A stretch of DNA of 64,000 nucleotides, taken from Gemmatimonadota bacterium. GTDB lineage: Bacteria > Gemmatimonadota > Gemmatimonadetes > Gemmatimonadales > GWC2-71-9. This document shows, one piece after another, positions 30,521-39,645 of the stretch. Both the position numbers and the translations under genes were made by a program. Position 1 is the first letter of the stretch. The number at the start of each line of letters is the position of its first letter. The notes beneath the pieces were generated by a model. That model saw only the letters and a list, made by a program, of their open reading frames with translations, did not search any database and was not told where the DNA came from. Location: NCBI GenBank assembly GCA_039586365.1, contig JBDHKN010000011.1:18060-82059 (forward strand), given 5' to 3'.

Positions 30521-31935
30521 CAATAGCCATTCTACTAATCGTCGCTTTCGTTCTGGGCGTTGTGCTGGGAGCCGCAGTGCTATCGCGCCGTGGTACGGCG
30601 GATTCGGCCGGTTCCGCCCAGCATACCTGCGATACCCCACAGGTGGTGGATCTGCTTCGAAGGGCACACGGGGCGACCGCGGCATGCCTGGTCGCTGCGA
30701 ACGCGGACCCCGTTTGGTCGCTGGCCGAGCCGGCTCCGCCCAATGCCGTTCTGGAACGCGCTCTAGAGATGGCAAGGGTCTCCCTGAGTGATGCCGGCCA
30801 GCACAGTGAATGCGCCGAACAAGCGATTCTCGCTGTCGGAGACGGGCAACTGGGTGCGGCGCTGGTGTTCCCGGGTGCCACGATGGAGCCTGGTTCTGCG
30901 GAGACGGCCACTGCGGATCTCAAGCGCCTTTTCGCAGGATACCGTGAGCTGAGGCTGAGGAAATCCGGGGAACTCAAGGCTCCTGGGGAGCTCCCGGAGT
31001 GGGTGACCGGTGGACCGGAAAATGTCGAGGGCCTTGCCTTTCAGCTCTGTGATGCTGTGCGTAGCGTTTCCGGCCGACCTGCCGTCTTGGTTCTGCGCGA
31101 TCCCGGAACGCGCGAAGTGGCGATTGTGGCAGTTTCGAACGGGACCGACCGGAGAATGTTGGGAGCCCGAGTCGCGTCGGACTCGGTGGCGGGTCGTGCC
31201 TGTGCCAGTGATGCCCCAACAGTTGGGAAGGGAGTGGCCAGGCTGTTCGGGATTGTCCGACAGGATCGGAGAGCGAGCCAGGAAGAAGGCACCGCCTATC
31301 CGTTGCGAGACGGCAGGGAGGGAGTTGGCGCCCTCGTGGTCATGGGGCCGCCCAACTCCATGCCGGATCGCATCAGGGAGCAGATCGTCTGGTTGGCGAC
31401 GAACGCCGGCCCCAAGCTGGCTCGTGCGGTAACAGTGCGTGCTGCGGAAAGCCGGGCCAAGACGGATCAGTTGACGGGGCTTCCCAACCGCCGGGCTCTG
31501 GAACTGGCTATGGCGTCGTACAAGATGGGAGCCTGTTCAGTGCTGTGTGTTCATCTCGACGACTTCAAGAAGCTGAATGATGGGTTTGGCCATTCGGCTG
31601 GCGAAGCCAGCTTGCGGCAGGTTGCCGGCATCTTCCGGCGCGAACTGCGCGATGGGGACTTGCCGTGTCGCTTGGGAGGAGAGGAATTTGCACTCTGGCT
31701 TCCCGGAGCGGCTGCGGATCGAGCCATGGACGTGGCGGATCGGATCGTCCAGGCTGTGAGAGGTTCACTGCTTGATTGGAACGGGGCGGAGCTCCAGATG
31801 ACCTGCTCCATAGGCGTGGCGTCCGTTCCCCACTCTGTGTCCCGAGCGGCAAACCTGCTTGGAGCGGCTGATGCGGCGTTGGATCGTGCCAAGGATTCGG
31901 GGCCAGATAGGGTGGTGTTGGCGTCTTCCGGCTGA
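30517..31935 (+). CDS. Membrane-anchored GAF-GGDEF protein
   Basis: N-terminal TM, GAF-like region, TDQLTGLPNRR, RDGD I-site, GGEEF. Confidence 0.9.
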   Translation: MTIAILLIVAFVLGVVLGAAVLSRRGTADSAGSAQHTCDTPQVVDLLRRAHGATAACLVAANADPVWSLAEPAPPNAVLERALEMARVSLSDAGQHSECAEQAILAVGDGQLGAALVFPGATMEPGSAETATADLKRLFAGYRELRLRKSGELKAPGELPEWVTGGPENVEGLAFQLCDAVRSVSGRPAVLVLRDPGTREVAIVAVSNGTDRRMLGARVASDSVAGRACASDAPTVGKGVARLFGIVRQDRRASQEEGTAYPLRDGREGVGALVVMGPPNSMPDRIREQIVWLATNAGPKLARAVTVRAAESRAKTDQLTGLPNRRALELAMASYKMGACSVLCVHLDDFKKLNDGFGHSAGEASLRQVAGIFRRELRDGDLPCRLGGEEFALWLPGAAADRAMDVADRIVQAVRGSLLDWNGAELQMTCSIGVASVPHSVSRAANLLGAADAALDRAKDSGPDRVVLASSG

Positions 31936-32025
31936 GCCTGAGTTTGTCGTGAGCCAGCGGGGGCAGGCGAGTGAAGTGACGACGTTGCTGGTAAGTGGTG
32001 ATATGGTATATATTTATCAGACAAA

Positions 32026-32381
32026 GGGGGCGACTGGATTCGACGGGTCTAGTGATGATCACGTAGCGTGCCCAGGTTCTCAGTCACCTGGTAAAACAAC
32101 TGGGGCAAAACAACAACTGCCAACACTGACTTGGCTTTGGCTGCGTAAGGTCATACTTGCGCACCTGCCCAAGAGGCAGCCCGCCTGAGGCGGCGCTTGG
32201 GTATCGGAAACTCAGGCTGGCGTCTGGTGTCGCTTTCGCATCCGACGCGAGAAAGTGTGAGAGCTCATCCGGCAGATGGATGGCTACGTGCCAGATGCCG
32301 GAGATAGCAAAGCGTAGCCTACGCACGTAGACGCGGATTCGGATCGAGGTTCGGACCGGGGTTCGACTCCCCGCGCCTCCA
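32026..32381 (+). ncRNA. ssrA: Transfer-messenger RNA
   Basis: 5' GGGGGCGACTGGATTCGAC; T-arm CGGGG-TTCGACT-CCCCG; acceptor stem with G3-U; tag ORF ANTDLALAA* at 32119-32148. Confidence 0.97.
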
Positions 32382-32421
32382 TTGGGGCAGGGAAACACAA
32401 ACGGTTGCAGGTTGTAGGGTT

Positions 32422-32450
32422 AGCCGTACCACACTGGTGCGGCTTTCTCT
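32422..32450 (+). terminator. Intrinsic terminator after ssrA
   Basis: AGCCGTACC-acact-GGTGCGGCT followed by TTCTCT. Confidence 0.6.
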
Positions 32451-32604
32451 GTCTAGGGCTCGATTGTGGCTGTTTGATCGAATCCGGTTCGGGAAGAGTC
32501 GAAACGTCGGTCCGCCGGCAAGAGGGTGCCAAGATGGCGGACACGGTTCCTGTGATTTCGCCCCGGCCTAGGAACAGTCATTGGAAGGTGTGTTGAGACG
32601 CCGG

Positions 32605-32884
32605 TTGTGTCCTCGCGCCGTGAGCAGGTGGGATTCGGTACAGCCTGCAGTGGGCGCAGCGCACCTGGGCAAATCGGTGCTTCAAGCCGCCGCATGCGAA
32701 ATCCTTGTCCGCTACCTCGACGAGGACGGAGTGCCCGTATCCGTAACGGCGGGAGTAGCCGCTCATCGTAGACTGTGATGACAGCGGGGAAGTGGTCCTC
32801 AACGAGGCTATAGGGCGGCGAGGCCCGCGACACTTCGTAGTCTCTCGCTGCATCGAACTGAACTGGTGCCAGACCGTGAGCCAC
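32605..32884 (-). mobile_element. Degraded IS91-family transposase fragment (N-terminal Zn-binding domain)
   Basis: Frameshifted pieces RASPPYSLVEDHF..VYDER / YSRRYGY...ACGGLKHRFAQVRCAHC / PTCSRR resemble the IS91 Zn-binding domain (CG.L.HGF.RVRC..C...CPSC). Confidence 0.7.
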
Positions 32885-33170
32885 CTTAGTACGGTCAGGA
32901 GTTCGTGTGGAAGATGAGCTGCCTGAAGACGGACATCCTTGACTGTAAGCCCATTTGGTTAAACCGTATGCAAGATTGACTTGATAATTAACATGAAGTT
33001 GTCACTGCTCAGCCATGCGGGGCGTTGGAGCACCCGAGTTTTCAACATTGGAGTCTGGACTCGACGGTGGCGTAGCGACTGCAAGATCTGAGTTTTCCAC
33101 GCACACTGTGGATGTTGCCAGGCCCGCCACTTTCGGGCACGCAGCGGGCCCGGACCCGACTCAGCCTGCC

Positions 33171-35813
33171 TCAAGCTTTGTCGGCAAGCGCAGCCTGGGC
33201 GGCCGCAAGTCTGGCAATGGGAACTCTGAATGGCGAGCAAGACACGTAGTTGAGGCCGGCCGTGTGGAAAAACAACACCGAGTTCGGATCGCCGCCGTGC
33301 TCGCCACAAATGCCGATCTTCAAACTCTGGTTGGTCCCACGTCCCAGACTGACTGCCATTTTGACCAACTTGCCGACACCCCCCTGATCCAGTGATTGGA
33401 ACGGGTCGGCCGGGAGGATTCCCGATTCGACGTAAGCAGGGAGAAACCTGCCGGCGTCGTCGCGTGAAAGCCCGAACACTGTTTGGGTCAGATCGTTGGT
33501 ACCGAAAGAGAAGAACTCGGCAACCTCAGCGATTTCGTCCGCGGTGACGGCGGCGCGCGGCAACTCGATCATTGTTCCGACCAAGTAGTCGACCCGTCGC
33601 TGCTGTTCCTCGAACACACGTTCTGCGGTCTCCCTCACGACGGCCGCCTGACGCCGTAGCTCCTCCACGTGTCCCACTAATGGAATCATGACCTCAGGAT
33701 GGACTTCGACGCCTTCGGCGGCGACTTGGCACGCCGCTTCGAATATCGCCCTGCTCTGCATTTCGGTGATCTCGGGATAGCTGATTCCCAGTCGGCAGCC
33801 ACGGTGTCCCAACATTGGGTTGGCTTCGGTCAGTCCGTCGATGGTGCGCCGAAGTCGGTCCAGTGGTACCCCAAGGTCACCCGCTAGCTTTTCGATCTCG
33901 GCCCGCTCGTGTGGTAGGAACTCGTGAAGGGGCGGATCCAGCGTACGGACCGTTACCGGATAGCCGTCCATCGCCCGGAAGATGCCGACGAAATCCTCCC
34001 GCTGCATGGGCATCAGTTCGCTGAGCGCGCGCCTGCGGCCATCCTCATCCTCCGCCAGGATCATTTGGCGTACTGCGTCGATTCGCTGTCCCTCGAAAAA
34101 CATATGCTCCGTGCGACACAGCCCGATCCCTTCGGCGCCGAACTCGCGGGCCCGGGCAGAGTCCGCCGGAGTATCCGCGTTGGTCCGAACCCGGAGCGTG
34201 CGGATCTCGTCAGCCCAGGACATGAGCTTGTTGAACTCTGCGGTGGGCTTTGGTTCCACCAACGGCACCTGACCCAGAATCACCCGCCCAGTAGATCCAT
34301 CCAGCGTGATCCACTCGTCCTGCTTGACTATTACGCCATCCACCGAGAATTGGAGGCCCTGTTCGTCAACTTCAAGTTCCTTGGCGCCCGCCACACAGCA
34401 CTTGCCCATTCCGCGGGCAACAACGGCGGCATGACTGGTCATACCGCCGCGCGACGTGAGGATCGCTTGCGCGCATACCATCCCGTGGAAGTCGTCGGCG
34501 ACTGTCTCCCTCCGTACCAAGATCACGGCCTCGCCGGCGTCCCCTCTGGTAACGGCCGTTTCTGCGTCAAACACGACTTTACCGACGGCCGCACCGGGTG
34601 AAGCCGGCAGCCCGGTGGTCAACACTTCGATTGGCGCCTCTGGATCGACCATCGGATGCAGCAGCTGGTCCAGTTGCTCGGGCTTTACACGGCCAACAGC
34701 CGTCTCGTGGTCGATGAGACCTTCTTCAGCCATCTCCACGGCTATTCTCACTGCGGCCCGGGCGGTACGTTTGCCCGTACGGGTCTGTAGTGTGTAGAAC
34801 TTGCCGCGCTCCACCGTGAACTCCGAATCCTGCATGTCCTTGTAGTGCTTCTCCAGCAGCACCCGTGTATCCTGAAGCGCTTGGTAGCACTCAGGCAGAG
34901 TTGTCTTCATGTGGTCGATGGGGACGGGATCTCGGGTTCCGGCAACGATATCCTCGCCCTGGGCATTCAAGAGAAACTCACCGTATAGGTAGTTCTCTCC
35001 GGTTGCCGGGTTTCTTGTGAACACTACGCCCGTACCAGAGTCCTCCCCCATGTTTCCATAGACCATGGATTGCACATTCACTGCGGTTCCCATGTCGTCT
35101 GGAATCTTGTTGATACGACGGTAATCAACTGCGCGCTTCGTGTTCCAACTCTTGAACACTGCCTCGATCGCACCCTGCAGCTGGTCCCATGGATTGTCGG
35201 GGAAGACCTCACCCGTTTCCCGCTGGAAGATCTCTTTGAACCTGACCGCGAGTGCCTTCAGGTCTTCGGCTGCGAGATCGATCTCTCGGTCGACGCCACG
35301 CTCCAGCTTCATACTCTCAATCGCGGCCTCAAATGGGTTGTTCGCGCCTCCTTTGCCGCCGATACCGTACACCACTTCTCCGTACATCTGCACAAAACGG
35401 CGGTAGGAATCGTACGTGAACCGCTGATTTTGGGATTGATTTGCCAACCCTACGGCCGATTGGTCGTTAAGGCCAAGATTCAAGATCGTGTCCATCATCC
35501 CTGGCATCGAGTCTTTGGCGCCAGACCGCACGGAAACCAGCAGGGGATCATCAACACTGCCGAACTTCCGGCCGACGACCTCCTCGAGCTTGCGCATCGC
35601 CTTGCGAGTTTCTTCCAGCACGTCGTCGGGCAGTTTCTGTACCTCTATGTACCTGAGGCAAAGCTTGGCTGATATGGTGAAGCCGGGCGGTACCGGAACG
35701 CCCAAGTTGGTCATCTCCGCGAGGTTTGCACCCTTTCCTCCGAGGATGTCCTTCATTTGGGCGTTGCCGTCAGCTCGGCCGTTTCCGAAGAAGAAGACGT
35801 TTTTCATTGTCAT
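33171..35813 (-). CDS. ppdK: Pyruvate, phosphate dikinase
   Basis: LGGKGANL, SVRSGA..SMPGMMDT, GGMTSHAAVVAR, CRTEHMF, GICGEHGG. Confidence 0.98.
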   Translation of the reverse strand: MTMKNVFFFGNGRADGNAQMKDILGGKGANLAEMTNLGVPVPPGFTISAKLCLRYIEVQKLPDDVLEETRKAMRKLEEVVGRKFGSVDDPLLVSVRSGAKDSMPGMMDTILNLGLNDQSAVGLANQSQNQRFTYDSYRRFVQMYGEVVYGIGGKGGANNPFEAAIESMKLERGVDREIDLAAEDLKALAVRFKEIFQRETGEVFPDNPWDQLQGAIEAVFKSWNTKRAVDYRRINKIPDDMGTAVNVQSMVYGNMGEDSGTGVVFTRNPATGENYLYGEFLLNAQGEDIVAGTRDPVPIDHMKTTLPECYQALQDTRVLLEKHYKDMQDSEFTVERGKFYTLQTRTGKRTARAAVRIAVEMAEEGLIDHETAVGRVKPEQLDQLLHPMVDPEAPIEVLTTGLPASPGAAVGKVVFDAETAVTRGDAGEAVILVRRETVADDFHGMVCAQAILTSRGGMTSHAAVVARGMGKCCVAGAKELEVDEQGLQFSVDGVIVKQDEWITLDGSTGRVILGQVPLVEPKPTAEFNKLMSWADEIRTLRVRTNADTPADSARAREFGAEGIGLCRTEHMFFEGQRIDAVRQMILAEDEDGRRRALSELMPMQREDFVGIFRAMDGYPVTVRTLDPPLHEFLPHERAEIEKLAGDLGVPLDRLRRTIDGLTEANPMLGHRGCRLGISYPEITEMQSRAIFEAACQVAAEGVEVHPEVMIPLVGHVEELRRQAAVVRETAERVFEEQQRRVDYLVGTMIELPRAAVTADEIAEVAEFFSFGTNDLTQTVFGLSRDDAGRFLPAYVESGILPADPFQSLDQGGVGKLVKMAVSLGRGTNQSLKIGICGEHGGDPNSVLFFHTAGLNYVSCSPFRVPIARLAAAQAALADKA

Positions 35814-37228
35814 ACTCGAACTTGGTTGCGGTCCGCATCCGCCGTTCGGTCGTCGGACTGGTTGGAGACCTGTTTGCGTTGGGGGACCTCGGTTGGATAC
35901 TCGCCCGAAAAGCAGGCGTGGCAGAATTCAGTTTCGGTATCGTCGTCACATGCCTTCAAGAGTCCTTCGCGAGACAAATATCCCAGGCTGTCCACGCCGA
36001 GTTGGTGTGCGATCTCGTCGACTGAGTAGTTGGCGGCGACAAGCTCCTCATACGTGGGGGTGTCGATCCCGTAATAGCATGGGCCGGTGATCGGTGGCGA
36101 CGCGATTCGCATGTGAACCTCCCGCGCTCCCGCTTGGCGAATCAGCTGCACCAGGCCTTGGGACGTCGTGCCGCGCACCAGAGAGTCGTCTACCACAACT
36201 ATCCGCCTGCCGTCAACCACATCTCGTACGGCGTTGTACTTTATGCGAACCTTCTCGGTTCTCGATGCCTTGCCTGGGTTGATGAAAGTGCGGCCCACGT
36301 AGTGGTTCCGAATGAGACCGTGCTCGTATTCCACTCCGCTTTGTTCCGCAAACCCCAGAGCCATAGCGTTGGACGAGTCGGGCACGGAGAAGACGCAATC
36401 GGCATCGGGTACCGGGTGCTCCCGACCCAACTGTCGACCCAAAGCACGACGGGTTCGATCCACCGACCGCCCGAAAACCACGCTGTCGGGTCTGGAGAAG
36501 TAAATGAGTTCGAAAATGCAGCGTTTGGAGGCCTGGACCGGAAGCCGCGGCAGTTCGACGACCTCGCCTTCTTCGACCTTGATCCATTCGCCGGGCTGGA
36601 ATTCCCGAATCGGTACCGCACCCAATATATCCAGCGCACATGTTTCGGAGGCGAGGATCCATCCTTCGTTCAACCGTGCGAGGGTGAGTGGGCGGAACCC
36701 ACGAGGGTCGACGATACCATACAGTGTGCGACCAACGGTTAAGAGTAGCGTGTAGGCACCCTCAACCCGTTGCAGCGTGTCACTTATCTGATCTTCTGCC
36801 AGCCGGGCGTCAGATCGAGCGATGAGATGGACCAACACTTCTGAGTCGGATGAAGTCTGAAATATCGATCCTGTCCGAATCAAGTCGACACGCAGTGCGT
36901 GGGCGTTCGTCAGGTTTCCATTGTGTGCGAGGGCAAGGGGGCCGGAGTGGTAGTGGACCAAGCTAGGCTGGGCATTTGACAACACCGAACTGCCCGCTGT
37001 CGAATATCGGGTGTGTCCGATTGCTATGTTGCCCGGCAGCTCTCGGAGAACGGACGGCGGAAACACCTCCTGCACCAAGCCCATGCCGCGGTGGCAGCGA
37101 GCCTTCCCTCCACTATCGATTGCCACGATTCCAGCCGATTCCTGACCGCGATGCTGGAGCGCGTATAGACCCAGGTATGCCAGCTCAGCAGCGTTCTCAA
37201 CCCCGTACACCCCAATGACTCCACACAT
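35810..37228 (-). CDS. purF: Amidophosphoribosyltransferase
   Basis: N-terminal MCG, LQHRGQES, GHTRYST, VDDSLVRGTT, Fe-S cysteines. Confidence 0.97.
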   Translation of the reverse strand: MCGVIGVYGVENAAELAYLGLYALQHRGQESAGIVAIDSGGKARCHRGMGLVQEVFPPSVLRELPGNIAIGHTRYSTAGSSVLSNAQPSLVHYHSGPLALAHNGNLTNAHALRVDLIRTGSIFQTSSDSEVLVHLIARSDARLAEDQISDTLQRVEGAYTLLLTVGRTLYGIVDPRGFRPLTLARLNEGWILASETCALDILGAVPIREFQPGEWIKVEEGEVVELPRLPVQASKRCIFELIYFSRPDSVVFGRSVDRTRRALGRQLGREHPVPDADCVFSVPDSSNAMALGFAEQSGVEYEHGLIRNHYVGRTFINPGKASRTEKVRIKYNAVRDVVDGRRIVVVDDSLVRGTTSQGLVQLIRQAGAREVHMRIASPPITGPCYYGIDTPTYEELVAANYSVDEIAHQLGVDSLGYLSREGLLKACDDDTETEFCHACFSGEYPTEVPQRKQVSNQSDDRTADADRNQVRV

Positions 37229-37238
37229 GACTGCGCCG

Positions 37239-37427
37239 TCAGCCTGCTTCCACCATTGAAGAGGCGCGTCCTTTCGTCAGCGATACCATAACAACACCGA
37301 GCTTCAGCTCGACTTCGGACACCTTCCTGTCTATTTGAGCAGTGTTGGTGGGGACGGGCCCCCCAAAGCGACGACTACACCCTGGAGGGCCAGCCCGTAC
37401 AGTGACGCTGCGGCGGTCAGCGGTCAC
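37239..37427 (-). other. 62-codon ORF abutting both neighbours; small protein or gene relic
   Basis: GTG start immediately after upstream TGA; ends 10 nt before purF ATG; no clear motif. Confidence 0.25.
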
Positions 37428-37730
37428 TCAGCTGACGCTGCGGATCAAGGAGATGAACAGACTAGAAGCCGTTCCTTCCCCCGCCTTCGTCAAAGCCTCC
37501 ACCTCATTGGCGTCGAACCATACTCCCTGACACTCGCTGCACCGGTCGACCTCAATGCCTTTGAGAATCTCGATCTCCAAGTCAGCACCACACTTGGGGC
37601 ACTTCATGTAGTGTAGCTTGCGCTCTTCCACCTCAGACAGCTTGGCCGCCCTCCCGCTCCTTTCCTTGCGGAGGGCGGCCTCCCTTTGCGCGAAGTACTC
37701 TTCCTCATTGCGGCTGGGCTTGCCTATCAC
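37428..37730 (-). CDS. Small zinc-ribbon (zf-TFIIB-like) protein
   Basis: MKCPKCG.DL...VDRCSECQGVWFD.NE. Confidence 0.85.
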   Translation of the reverse strand: MIGKPSRNEEEYFAQREAALRKERSGRAAKLSEVEERKLHYMKCPKCGADLEIEILKGIEVDRCSECQGVWFDANEVEALTKAGEGTASSLFISLIRSVS

Positions 37731-37754
37731 TGTTGCACCCCCATGTCATTACGA

Positions 37755-38279
37755 TCAAGTGGTGGGGGGCGTAAACACCCCCACTCGCCCTGGCGGTGAG
37801 GACGACACCCCCGAATACGTGTGGCCTGGCGCTCTGACGATTGCGTCAACTACCTGTCCTCCCTGCAACATCACGACGTCAGATGTGCCGCATGAGACTT
37901 CGCAGCCGTTGCGATAGTGTAGATAGAGCCAGCCCCCAAGAGATCGTTCCACTGCCGGCTCACCCCATACCGCTACCACCTCGGCCCGGCTCATCCCCGG
38001 GTCGACAGTTCCGCTGCGTGTCGGGGTCCACGGTTCGTCGACCATCGCACGGGCTGGTTCTGTCCGCTGTTGTTGAGACGATGGGGTCTCGACCACCTCT
38101 GTCGGAGTAGCCTCCACCGGTCGGGGAGCCTGCTCGGCTTGTTGGATCGTGTCTGGGACCGCCACCTCGAGGGGAGGGGGAGTGGTATCTTCCTCACCTC
38201 CGCCAAAAAACGGGAGCCTGTCGCATCCCACCAGCCCCAGCGCTACCAGGGTCATGGCTGCGAGAGTTGACCTTCTCAT
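37755..38279 (-). CDS. Lipoprotein with SmpA/OmlA(BamE)-like domain
   Basis: Lipobox LVGC, Pro/Thr-rich linker, GMSRAEVVAVWGEP; GGAGG RBS. Confidence 0.7.
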   Translation of the reverse strand: MRRSTLAAMTLVALGLVGCDRLPFFGGGEEDTTPPPLEVAVPDTIQQAEQAPRPVEATPTEVVETPSSQQQRTEPARAMVDEPWTPTRSGTVDPGMSRAEVVAVWGEPAVERSLGGWLYLHYRNGCEVSCGTSDVVMLQGGQVVDAIVRAPGHTYSGVSSSPPGRVGVFTPPTT

Positions 38280-38399
38280 CTCGTGCCTCCTCCGACGAGT
38301 TTGAACGCCTGTGTCGTCCCCATAGCTACTGTTGCCGCGGACGCCGGGGTGCCAGCGGCGCTGTCCGCGGTGGCTTCACGTTTCCAACAAGATAGCACC

Positions 38400-39257
38400 C
38401 TAGGGAATCGTTCGCCGTCCTCCCGGACGGCGTTCCGGTCCGGTCAGGCGGCGGTCGGTATCTTCTACCAGGGCCGGACCCGTGGTCGCTTCATCCTGAT
38501 CGGCATCTCCCCGCTCCATGAATCCAACCACCGCAGCACGCAGGATACCGTAGGAGACGTACGCTATGCCCAGTGGGAAGAAGAAGATGTCGCGAGACCA
38601 AATGCCGAACCCGAGGATTGTGAGGTTTACGGCCAGGCCAAGCCGACCACGCCTGGTCCGCACGCCGATGCCCGGTAGGTGAGCGTAGCGAATCTGGCTG
38701 ACCATGGCGATGCTGAGCGTGATAGTCAGGAATATGATTATCTGAGGCCATGGCAGGTCGGCGAGCTGAACCTGGAAAAACTCCGTGCGAGTGAACGGAT
38801 AGAAGACCGCCAACGTCATTCCCGCCGCCGGCGAAGGGAGGCCGGTGAACCACGCCCGTGAGTCGTTCTCCTGGATGTTGTACCGAGCCAACCTGAGTGC
38901 TACACAGACCACGAATCCGTAGGAAAACACCCAAGCAAACGGGCCCATCTGCGAGAACTCGAGAAAGTGGATCAGCATCGCGGGTGCCACACCGAAGCTC
39001 ACGATGTCCACTAGCGAATCCAGTTCGCCGCCGAAGCGAGTCCCAGTTTTGCTCACGCGGGCGAACAGCCCGTCAAGCATGTCAAGAACCCCTGCGACTA
39101 CTATCCACCAACTTGCCAGATAGAACGAGCCCTGCGATGCCAGGACTATGGCCCAGATGCCAAAGAACAGGTTCGCGAGCGTGAAGAGGCTCGGGATCAC
39201 GATGATGGCGCGTCCTACGCGCGCTCGCCTCCTGCGTCCACGGCTCACGATCGCCAC
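38400..39257 (-). CDS. pssA: CDP-diacylglycerol--serine O-phosphatidyltransferase
   Basis: PSLFTLANL, D.LDG..AR.....FG.ELDSL.D.VSFG.AP, LRLARYN, FTGLPSP. Confidence 0.92.
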   Translation of the reverse strand: MAIVSRGRRRRARVGRAIIVIPSLFTLANLFFGIWAIVLASQGSFYLASWWIVVAGVLDMLDGLFARVSKTGTRFGGELDSLVDIVSFGVAPAMLIHFLEFSQMGPFAWVFSYGFVVCVALRLARYNIQENDSRAWFTGLPSPAAGMTLAVFYPFTRTEFFQVQLADLPWPQIIIFLTITLSIAMVSQIRYAHLPGIGVRTRRGRLGLAVNLTILGFGIWSRDIFFFPLGIAYVSYGILRAAVVGFMERGDADQDEATTGPALVEDTDRRLTGPERRPGGRRTIP

Positions 39258-39645
39258 TCCGCGGTTACGGTGAGACCAGCCTTGGTCTGGTGCCCCAGCC
39301 GGGTATTGAGCTGGACGTCAAGTCGGCAACAAGTCTCCACCGAAGAACCGGCAGACCTGCGCCCGTTGGCACGAGTCTGAATGTACCCAGGAGTTTCGTC
39401 AACTTTTGTGATCGCCACCACCTTTCTGGTGGCGGGCGCTGCTAGCAGATGGGTTCCCCGCAACGATTGCTGTTCGGGATCGCCCGAAAGCCACGCTACC
39501 CGGAAGGTCACCGGAGCCACCGGGACCGAGCTGGCTGGGAGCGCATATCACGAGCCGCTGTCCAACTGTCGGGCAGTGGCAGCCCAGAAACGGACAGGGA
39601 GCAGTCCGAGCTGACGGGGAAGATGCCGTCCGACAATGTTCTCAC
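39245..39645 (-). pseudogene. psd: Eroded phosphatidylserine decarboxylase relic
   Basis: VAWLSGDPE..LRGTHLLAAPATRKVVAITKVDE and AGSSV...GHQTKAGLTVTAEW match the N- and C-parts of Psd; frameshift, in-frame TGA, central deletion; overlaps purC stop and pssA start. Confidence 0.7.

Noticed and set aside
32084..32544. ORFs of 86-109 aa overlapping the ssrA region
   Set aside because: Shadows of the tmRNA gene; no protein motifs
32986..33013. dif-like site (AATTAACATGA-N6-CACTGCTCAGC)
   Set aside because: XerD-like arm matches 9/11 but the XerC arm only 6/11 and lacks the inner TTAT palindrome; no independent evidence of a terminus
32371..33170. Integrated island/prophage at ssrA
   Set aside because: No integrase and no duplicated tmRNA 3' end (attR) found by eye; only an IS relic
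38280..38399. purS/purQ relic between pssA and the lipoprotein gene
   Set aside because: No frame resembles PurS or PurQ; only a GC-rich hairpin is present
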